NCBI GenBank assembly: GCA_003696665.1
Contig: RFGJ01000511.1
Location: 1-14,303 of the forward strand
Source of the DNA: Gammaproteobacteria bacterium
GTDB lineage: Bacteria > Pseudomonadota > Gammaproteobacteria > Enterobacterales > GCA-002770795
Reading direction: 5' to 3'
DNA: 14,303 nt
Shown: positions 1-6,531 of the stretch, in pieces
Position numbering within the stretch: the stretch's first letter is position 1
How the letters are laid out: each line of letters starts with the position of its first letter
The notes under the pieces: model-generated
What the model was told of the DNA's origin: nothing
Databases searched by the model: none
What the model saw: the letters and a program-made list of their open reading frames with translations, nothing else
Made by a program: the position numbers and the translations under genes

Positions 1-9
1 CCGTTTTTG

Positions 10-1674
10 TTATTTCTTCGTTTTAGACGGCTCATTCAATTTAAACAGCTGGGCCAAATTGGACGCGCCGCCGAGGATGGCCGCCGCCGCATTCAAAGAA
101 CCCTTGCTCTCGCCACCCACATAAATCACGGGCACCTTGACGATGTCCGGGTTGGCTTTGGCGACCTCCAAGAACTCTTTGAGCATCTGCAACTGCATAA
201 CGCGATCTTCACCCAAAACACGGGCCTGCGCTTTCTGACCTTCGGCAATTTGCATCAACTTAAGTTTCTCACCCTCGCCCTCTAATTTGAGCTTGTCGCG
301 GTTATGTTTGGCCGCTTCCTTGGCGATTTCAGCCGCCACCAGCACCGCTTGTTGATCAGCTGTCGCTTTTTCACGTTCGCGCGCGATACGCTCTTTTTGA
401 GCTTCTCGTTCACGCGCGTAGGTGGCTTTCAATTGGTTGGCGAGTTGTTCTCGCAAGGTGGCGACCATCAGCTCAGGGGGAATGGCCGGCTCTCCTAAAC
501 GCACTTCCATTAACGTGACACCCGCCTTGGCCGCTTCGACGCGCAAATGACTTTCTAAGCGTTTGGCAATACCATCGCGATTGTTCACGAAATCGAGTAC
601 TTTGGACGTCCCGCCGATGGTGCGCAACATATCGCGGATCAAAGGCGTAATGACTTTATCCTTGACCTCATTGATGCCACCGATGCCAGCGACAATACGC
701 GGGGCGCTGGCTGGCTCGACATAAGCGAGCACGCGCACTTCGACCGGTACCGTCCAGCCTTCCACTCGGACATTAATGGCCGGTCCGGCTGCGGTATCCG
801 GCACATCCACGCTTTCTTCGACGAAAGACTGGTGAATCTTGCCATCTTCGCCCACTTCCAGTTTAACGTCCCGCTTTGTATAACCGCCCTTGTATGTCCA
901 CACTTGCGCTCTGGTCGGCACAATGGTCGGTTTGTATGCAATCGGGTTAATGTAATGAATTCCCGTCGTCAACACGGTGTCCCAAACTCCAGGACAGCCC
1001 TTGGGAACCAACGGCACGACAAACGGACTGTCATCGCTGGCTTTTACCTTGGATGTGTCCGGACAATCATCGCGTTCCTTCACTGCTGAACGAATGACAG
1101 CCACCTGTCCAGCTTCGACCACCAACGCTGGCTTGAGTTGATACTTGAACAAATAATGATTGAAACGGTAGCGGCCCGGTGGCAAAACTGTAAGCTGTGG
1201 TCCCTTCTGGCCGCGTCCTTCGGTCAGGAAATAGGTCGCATCCAACATTTCCATTTTCTTGTCTTCTGGCCAGGCATCCGCGAACACCTGACCTGGGCGT
1301 AACATGGCGCCATCACGCGCGTGCAACAATAAGACATTATTGGGTGGCACTTCGACCACCGGCTTCATTTCAATGTCATAAATCACTCGCCCAAAAGGAA
1401 TAAAGTGATACCCAGGGCCAAGGATCTCGGCCTGAGGGCCTTTTTGTCCCGCCAAACCGATGATACGCCCCTCAGGTAAATCGCTCGCAAAATAAATTCG
1501 TTTCAGGTGGCCAACCTCATCTTCGCCTACCCAAACGGAAGACATGGTCACCAGCACAACACTCGCGCCCACAAACGCCAGTGCACTCACCATGATGCGC
1601 CGAATGCCCGCCAAATTTTTCAGGGCAAACAACCCAAACAGCACCAAAACCACGAATAAAATAAGAAAAATCAT
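10..1674 (-). CDS. Flotillin-like SPFH/band-7 family inner-membrane protein (YqiK-like), 554 aa
   Basis: Complete ORF with TAA stop at 10-12. The start ATG (1672-1674) lies 6 nt downstream of a GGAGG Shine-Dalgarno. There is an N-terminal hydrophobic helix (MIFLILFVVLVLFGLFAL). Two SPFH-like beta-rich segments are present (GYHFIPFGRVIYDIEMKPV; VPVEVRVLAYVEP; EVKDKVITPLIRDMLRTIGG). A long Ala/Glu/Lys/Arg-rich coiled-coil region (ATYAREREAQKERIAREREKATADQQAVLVAAEIAKEAAKHNRDKLKLEGE) and a C-terminal ...PDIVKVPVIYVGG tail are typical of the flotillin C-terminus. Length matches E. coli YqiK (553 aa). Family assignment is from motif recognition only. Confidence 0.7.
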   Translation of the reverse strand: MIFLILFVVLVLFGLFALKNLAGIRRIMVSALAFVGASVVLVTMSSVWVGEDEVGHLKRIYFASDLPEGRIIGLAGQKGPQAEILGPGYHFIPFGRVIYDIEMKPVVEVPPNNVLLLHARDGAMLRPGQVFADAWPEDKKMEMLDATYFLTEGRGQKGPQLTVLPPGRYRFNHYLFKYQLKPALVVEAGQVAVIRSAVKERDDCPDTSKVKASDDSPFVVPLVPKGCPGVWDTVLTTGIHYINPIAYKPTIVPTRAQVWTYKGGYTKRDVKLEVGEDGKIHQSFVEESVDVPDTAAGPAINVRVEGWTVPVEVRVLAYVEPASAPRIVAGIGGINEVKDKVITPLIRDMLRTIGGTSKVLDFVNNRDGIAKRLESHLRVEAAKAGVTLMEVRLGEPAIPPELMVATLREQLANQLKATYAREREAQKERIAREREKATADQQAVLVAAEIAKEAAKHNRDKLKLEGEGEKLKLMQIAEGQKAQARVLGEDRVMQLQMLKEFLEVAKANPDIVKVPVIYVGGESKGSLNAAAAILGGASNLAQLFKLNEPSKTKK

Positions 1675-1711
1675 TGACGCCTCCTCCCGAAGAATATTGT
1701 CCCATCACCCG

Positions 1712-3358
1712 CTACTGACCAATCCGACACGCAGCAGTTACATCCAAGTCGCTATCATATACGTCAGTTTCAATAGACATAAGGCCAAGCAGACTGTGGG
1801 ACACAACATCATGTGTCAGCCGTCGTTTTATCGATTGGGCAAGACATTGACGCGATACACCATGAATCCGTTGGAACGACTCGGATAACCACCAAATCAT
1901 TGGCACCCGTTTTTGTTCGTCAGGCGCCATAAAATAGGGTAATCCATGTAAATACACACCATTCTCACCAAGTGACTCCCCATGATCGGAGACATAAAAC
2001 ACCATGCTCGGTCGATTGGGATAATTTTGTTCAACCCACTCGATCACTTTATTGATAAAAAAATCGGTATAAAGAATTGTGTTGTCGTATGCATTCACGA
2101 CCGCCTGTTGCGAGCACTTCTCCAGTTGATTGGTGCGACATTCAGGCTGAAACTTCGCAAAGTTGGGCGGGTAGCGCCGATAGTAGGAAGGACCGTGACT
2201 GCCAATGGTATGCAAAACAATCAATGTTGGGGCATTGGCCTGATTGATCCAGTCAGACAAACCATTCAATAACACTTCATCATAACAACTTGTGGCAGAG
2301 CATTTGTCCCGGGTGCCAAATTCCTTGTAATTCTGAAATGCAACCCGATCACAAATATGTTTACAACCAGTGGAATTATCCCGCCACAAAACGCGGTAAC
2401 CGGCTCGCTTGGCGACGTCCAACACATTTTCTTGATATCGCGCGGTCTCAACGTCAAACTGGTCACGCGTCAGAAAACCGAACATACATGGCAAAGAATG
2501 CGCTGTATCAGTACCACACGACCAGACATCGTCAAAATTGATGAGGCTGTTCTGTCGCATTGTCAATTCTGGGTTGGTCTGGCGCGCATAGCCATTCAGC
2601 GAGAAATGATCACGCCGGGCAGTTTCGCCGGCGATAAAGACAATCAGTGGCGGTTGTTCATCCGACCAGCGTTTGTCCAGCGCGACATTTTTAGCCACCT
2701 GCTTAAACACTGGGGGATGCCTGAACTTCTCTTGCCAGTAGCGCGCGGTGTAATACACCACATTGGTTGGCGTGGCCATAAAGCGAATTTCTTTATGATT
2801 GCGAAATAGCGAAGAGATGCCATCGAATTGGACCATGATCGCAAGCACCATTGCCACGAGCCCCCAAGCCGTCCCGAACACGCTGCTCAGCCAAGGCCTT
2901 TTTCCCCAAGACAGGTCAAGGCGCCAAATCCCCCAAACCGGCAACACGAAGGTCACAAGCGCCCACCACAGCATATTGAGGTTGAGCAAATCCAAGGCTT
3001 CACGCTGATCCGTCTCGAACACGTTCCGAATCATGGCTTGATCGATGACAACATGGTAATGGGCCATGAAATAGGCCACCGACGCAGCCAGCAAGGTGAG
3101 TAATGAGCTCCAGACCTTAAACAAGCCTGGCCATGAACCAAGCGCCAACAGCAAGCGAAAAGTGCCCCACAATATCACCGCGAACGCGAAAACGCTGCCC
3201 CAGGCCACTCCTCGTGCCAGGCCAATCTGGTAAAGATGTTGCCACAAGGTCGTGTTAAAGACTGTCAACCAGTAAAGCGCAATAACATGCGCTAAATTGA
3301 TTGGGTTACGTAACCACTGGTGCAGCTTTTGTGCGATCTCTGTCGTTGACATAGCCAT
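1712..3358 (-). CDS. eptA: Phosphoethanolamine--lipid A transferase, EptA/PmrC (MCR) family, about 548 aa
   Basis: Strong colinear similarity to E. coli EptA and the MCR-1 sulfatase-like catalytic domain: GETARRDHFSLNGYARQTNPEL, SCGTDTAHSLPCMF (catalytic Thr nucleophile context), LIVLHTIGSHGPSYYRRYPP, YDNTILYTD, VSDHGESLGENGVYLHGLPYFMAPDEQKRVPMIWWLSE. The N-terminal about 200 aa has several hydrophobic helices, as in EptA. The six-frame ORF extends to 3463, but the first 35 codons overlap the lpd 3' end. The ATG at 3356-3358 (MAMSTTEIAQ...) gives the family-typical length of about 548 aa. Whether this is the eptA, eptC or an mcr-like subfamily member cannot be decided by eye. Confidence 0.88.
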   Translation of the reverse strand: MAMSTTEIAQKLHQWLRNPINLAHVIALYWLTVFNTTLWQHLYQIGLARGVAWGSVFAFAVILWGTFRLLLALGSWPGLFKVWSSLLTLLAASVAYFMAHYHVVIDQAMIRNVFETDQREALDLLNLNMLWWALVTFVLPVWGIWRLDLSWGKRPWLSSVFGTAWGLVAMVLAIMVQFDGISSLFRNHKEIRFMATPTNVVYYTARYWQEKFRHPPVFKQVAKNVALDKRWSDEQPPLIVFIAGETARRDHFSLNGYARQTNPELTMRQNSLINFDDVWSCGTDTAHSLPCMFGFLTRDQFDVETARYQENVLDVAKRAGYRVLWRDNSTGCKHICDRVAFQNYKEFGTRDKCSATSCYDEVLLNGLSDWINQANAPTLIVLHTIGSHGPSYYRRYPPNFAKFQPECRTNQLEKCSQQAVVNAYDNTILYTDFFINKVIEWVEQNYPNRPSMVFYVSDHGESLGENGVYLHGLPYFMAPDEQKRVPMIWWLSESFQRIHGVSRQCLAQSIKRRLTHDVVSHSLLGLMSIETDVYDSDLDVTAACRIGQ

Positions 3359-3373
3359 ATTCCAGAATGAATA

Positions 3374-3391
3374 GGGCGGCCTAAGCCGCCC
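3374..3391 (-). terminator. GC-rich stem-loop (GGGCGGC-CTAA-GCCGCCC) between lpd stop and eptA start; candidate intrinsic terminator or attenuator for the PDH operon
   Basis: Perfect 7-bp GC stem (3374-3380 pairs with 3385-3391) with a 4-nt loop. It lies 17 nt after the lpd TAA (3408-3410) on the minus strand. The following RNA is UAUUCAUUCUGGAA, which is only moderately U-rich, and the hairpin ends about 15 nt before the eptA ATG. Confidence 0.4.
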
Positions 3392-3407
3392 AATCGTAAT
3401 GTCTCGC

Positions 3408-4826
3408 TTACTTTTTGCGTTTCGGTGGCAAGTCAGTACAAGTGCCTTCAAAAAACTCGGCACAAAGTCCGACCGATTCAGAGAGGGTCGGGTGAGGATG
3501 GATGGTCAATGCAAGGTCTTCGGCATCACAGCCCATCTCCACCGCCAAGGCAATTTCAGAAATCATCTCGCCAGCATTGATGCCAACGATGGCGCCGCCA
3601 AGCACACGATGTGTTTTGGCATCAAAAATCAGCTTGGTGAAGCCTTCTGTGCGTGAGACGCCAATGGCACGTCCGCTGGCAGTCCATGGGAACTTGGCTG
3701 TCTCAATGGCAATGCCTTTCTCTTTGGCTTCTTTTTCGGTGATGCCAACCCATGCCACCTCCGGATCCGTATAAGCAACCGACGGAATCACGAGAGGTTC
3801 AAAGAAGTGCTTCTTACCGGCAATCACTTCTGCGGCGACATGGGCTTCGTGTGTCGCTTTGTGCGCCAGCATTGGCTGACCAACAATATCACCAATGGCA
3901 AAAATATGCGGCACATTGGTTCGCATTTGTTTGTCTACCGGAATGAAGCCACGCTCGTCAACCTGCACACCCGCCTTGTCGGCATCAATCAGATCGCCAT
4001 TCGGACGGCGCCCAACTGCAGACAAAATCTTGTCATAGCGCTGCGGTTCACTGGGAGCATTTTTGCCTTCGAAAGTCACCCAAAGGCCATCTTTCTTGGC
4101 TTCCACCTTGGTGACCTGAGTCGAGAGCATAATCGCTTCATATTTCTTGCTGATGTACTTGTGCAGCACATTGACCACGTCTTTGTCGGCTGCCGGGATT
4201 AACTGATCTGCCATTTCGACAACCGAGATCTGGCTGCCAAGCGCGTTATACACAGTCGCCATTTCCAGTCCAATAATGCCCCCGCCAAGACACAGCATTC
4301 TCTGTGGTACATCCTTGAGCTCCAACGCAGTGGTCGAATTGAGGACACGCTCATCTTTCGGCAGGAACGGCAATTCCACTATCCGAGAGCCGGCCGCAAT
4401 AATGGCATAGTCAAAACGAATGGTCGTCTTGCTGCCATCTTCGGCTTCGACCACTAAAGTGTGGTCATCGGCAAAACGACCATAGCCCTGGACAACTTGC
4501 ACTTTGCGCATCTTGGCCATCGCCGACAAGCCGCCGGTTAACTGCTTGATAACGCCTTCCTTATAGGCCCGGATCTTGTCAATATCGATCTTGGGCACAC
4601 CAAAATTGACGCCATGTGCGCCCATCTCGGCCGCTTCGTCAATCACCTTGGCAACATGCAACAGCGCTTTTGACGGGATACAACCGACATTCAAACATAC
4701 ACCACCCAAGGTCGCATAGCGCTCAACAAGCACCGTATTGAGGCCCAAATCTGCCGCACGAAATGCCGCAGAATAACCTCCAGGCCCAGCGCCCAACACC
4801 ACAACCTGTGTCTTAATTTCGCTCAT
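3408..4826 (-). CDS. lpdA: Dihydrolipoyl dehydrogenase (E3 component of pyruvate/2-oxoglutarate dehydrogenase complexes), 472 aa
   Basis: N-terminal FAD-binding fingerprint VVVLGAGPGGYSAAFRAADLG. Redox-active disulfide motif GGVCLNVGCIPSK. NAD-binding GGGIIGLEMA. C-terminal HPHPTLSESVGLCAEFFEG matches the E. coli Lpd C-terminus. SD AAGGGG sits 6-7 nt before the ATG at 4824-4826. It follows aceE-aceF as in the enterobacterial PDH operon. Confidence 0.96.
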   Translation of the reverse strand: MSEIKTQVVVLGAGPGGYSAAFRAADLGLNTVLVERYATLGGVCLNVGCIPSKALLHVAKVIDEAAEMGAHGVNFGVPKIDIDKIRAYKEGVIKQLTGGLSAMAKMRKVQVVQGYGRFADDHTLVVEAEDGSKTTIRFDYAIIAAGSRIVELPFLPKDERVLNSTTALELKDVPQRMLCLGGGIIGLEMATVYNALGSQISVVEMADQLIPAADKDVVNVLHKYISKKYEAIMLSTQVTKVEAKKDGLWVTFEGKNAPSEPQRYDKILSAVGRRPNGDLIDADKAGVQVDERGFIPVDKQMRTNVPHIFAIGDIVGQPMLAHKATHEAHVAAEVIAGKKHFFEPLVIPSVAYTDPEVAWVGITEKEAKEKGIAIETAKFPWTASGRAIGVSRTEGFTKLIFDAKTHRVLGGAIVGINAGEMISEIALAVEMGCDAEDLALTIHPHPTLSESVGLCAEFFEGTCTDLPPKRKK

Positions 4827-4892
4827 TTTCTAACCCCTTTTCTTAACAAATTTTGCACGTTTCCAAGGGCGTGCCCAAAATTTTCCTGCATT

Positions 4893-6515
4893 TTACAGCA
4901 GAATGCGACGAATATCTGCCAGCACGCTCGACAAATGTGTGATAAAACGAGCCGCCACAGCACCATCAATGACTCGATGATCATAGGATAGCGACAAAGG
5001 CAGCATCAATCTTGGTTCAAAAGTCTCGCCATTCCATATCGGTTTCATCTGGCTTTTGGATACCCCTAAGATTGCCACATCAGGCCAGTTGACAATTGGC
5101 GTAAAGGCCGTACCACCGATGCCGCCCAGTGAAGATATGCTAAAACAGCTGCCCTGCATGTCTGCAGGTGACAACTTGCCTTCCCGGGCTTTTGCGCTGA
5201 CATCGGCCAGCTCCCGCGCCAAGTCATACACCGACTTTTGATCGACATTGCGAATCACGGGCACCACGAGACCATTCGGAGTATCCACGGCCACCCCGAG
5301 ATGGAAATATTTTTTAAGGATCAAGTGTTCACCGTCGTCTGCCAATGAAGCATTGAAGGTCGGAAAGGCTTTCAACGAACAAACCACTGCCTTCATAATA
5401 AATGCCAATGGCGTCAAGCGAATCCCTTCCTTGGCCGCTTCGGCTTTCATCGACTGGCGAAATGCTTCCAATTCCGTAATGTCAGCCTCATCATGCTGCG
5501 TGACATGAGGAATGGTGATCCAATTTCGGTGTAAGTTAACACTTGAAACTTTCTGAATGCGGGACAATGGCACCTGCTCGATTTCGCCAAATTTGGAATG
5601 ATCCACTTTTGGCATCTCAGGCATCGCAAAACCACCTGTGGTGGCTGTGGCTTTGGGCCGTGCCAACTCTTCTTTGACAAAACGTTGTACATCTTCTTTA
5701 ACAATCCGCCCCTTGGGTCCAGTTCCCTGTACACGCGTCAAATCAACCCCAAGCTCTCTCGCAAAACGGCGAACAGCAGGTGAAGCGTGCACCACTCCCT
5801 TCCTTGTGGGCTGATGCAATGCAGGGCGCTCCGGAACAGGTGGTTTCGGCACTCGGGGAGATACAGGGGAGCTCGGCGTTTGCTCGACCACGGTGGGGGC
5901 TGCCTCTGCCGGTGTGTCGGTGGTTTCAATTTCACCGATGACATCGCCGCTGTTGACCTTATCTCCCACCTGAACCGACAACTTGACAATTTTGCCCGCC
6001 AACGGTGACGGCATTTCCATCGTCGCCTTCTCAGACTCCAAGGTGAGAATGGGATCATCTGCCGCCACAACATCCCCTTCCTTGACCAGCACCTCGATCA
6101 CTGCCACGTCCTGCACATCGCCAATATCGGGCACACACAACGGTTGCCGGGCCGTAGCGCCCCGTTCAAGCGCTGGTGCTTCCGAGTTTGGTTCCGTCGG
6201 CAACGCATTTGAATGTGTCGTGGTATTTTCTGCGCTCGCTTCAGGCGCAGGTGTGGCCACATCCGAAGCCTCTGAATCATCGATTTCCAATCGCAAAATC
6301 GGCACGCCTTGCGACACCTTGCTTCCCACATCGACGAGTATTTCTTTAACAATGCCAGCCTGCGGAGAAGGTACCTCCATGGTCGCTTTATCCGACTCCA
6401 ACACCAGTACCGGCGTGTCAACATCAATGTGGTCGCCTACTTTCACCGGAATTTCAATGACATCGACCTCTCCGACATCACCAATATCCGGTAACGGGAT
6501 TTCTTTGACAGCCAT
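4893..6515 (-). CDS. aceF: Dihydrolipoamide acetyltransferase (PDH E2), 540 aa, with two N-terminal lipoyl domains
   Basis: Two lipoyl-attachment motifs (LESDKATMEVPSP and LESEKATMEMPSP) are separated by an Ala/Pro/Glu-rich linker. A peripheral-subunit-binding domain (ASPAVRRFARELGVDLTRVQGTGPKGRIVKEDV) follows. The C-terminal catalytic domain ends in the DHRVIDGA active-site motif. SD GGGGGAGA precedes the ATG at 6513-6515, and there is a 16-nt gap after the aceE stop. Confidence 0.96.
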   Translation of the reverse strand: MAVKEIPLPDIGDVGEVDVIEIPVKVGDHIDVDTPVLVLESDKATMEVPSPQAGIVKEILVDVGSKVSQGVPILRLEIDDSEASDVATPAPEASAENTTTHSNALPTEPNSEAPALERGATARQPLCVPDIGDVQDVAVIEVLVKEGDVVAADDPILTLESEKATMEMPSPLAGKIVKLSVQVGDKVNSGDVIGEIETTDTPAEAAPTVVEQTPSSPVSPRVPKPPVPERPALHQPTRKGVVHASPAVRRFARELGVDLTRVQGTGPKGRIVKEDVQRFVKEELARPKATATTGGFAMPEMPKVDHSKFGEIEQVPLSRIQKVSSVNLHRNWITIPHVTQHDEADITELEAFRQSMKAEAAKEGIRLTPLAFIMKAVVCSLKAFPTFNASLADDGEHLILKKYFHLGVAVDTPNGLVVPVIRNVDQKSVYDLARELADVSAKAREGKLSPADMQGSCFSISSLGGIGGTAFTPIVNWPDVAILGVSKSQMKPIWNGETFEPRLMLPLSLSYDHRVIDGAVAARFITHLSSVLADIRRILL

Positions 6516-6531
6516 GAATCATCTCCCCCTA

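Noticed and set aside
7-498. Plus-strand ORFs 7-285 and 304-498
   Set aside because: Antisense shadow ORFs within the flotillin gene, with no start context and no domain features.
3359-3463. In-frame 35-codon N-terminal extension of the eptA ORF (MPSFLKALVL...)
   Set aside because: Overlaps the 3' end of lpd and the terminator hairpin. EptA-family proteins are about 545-550 aa, which fits the internal ATG at 3358. The extension has no similarity to EptA N-termini.
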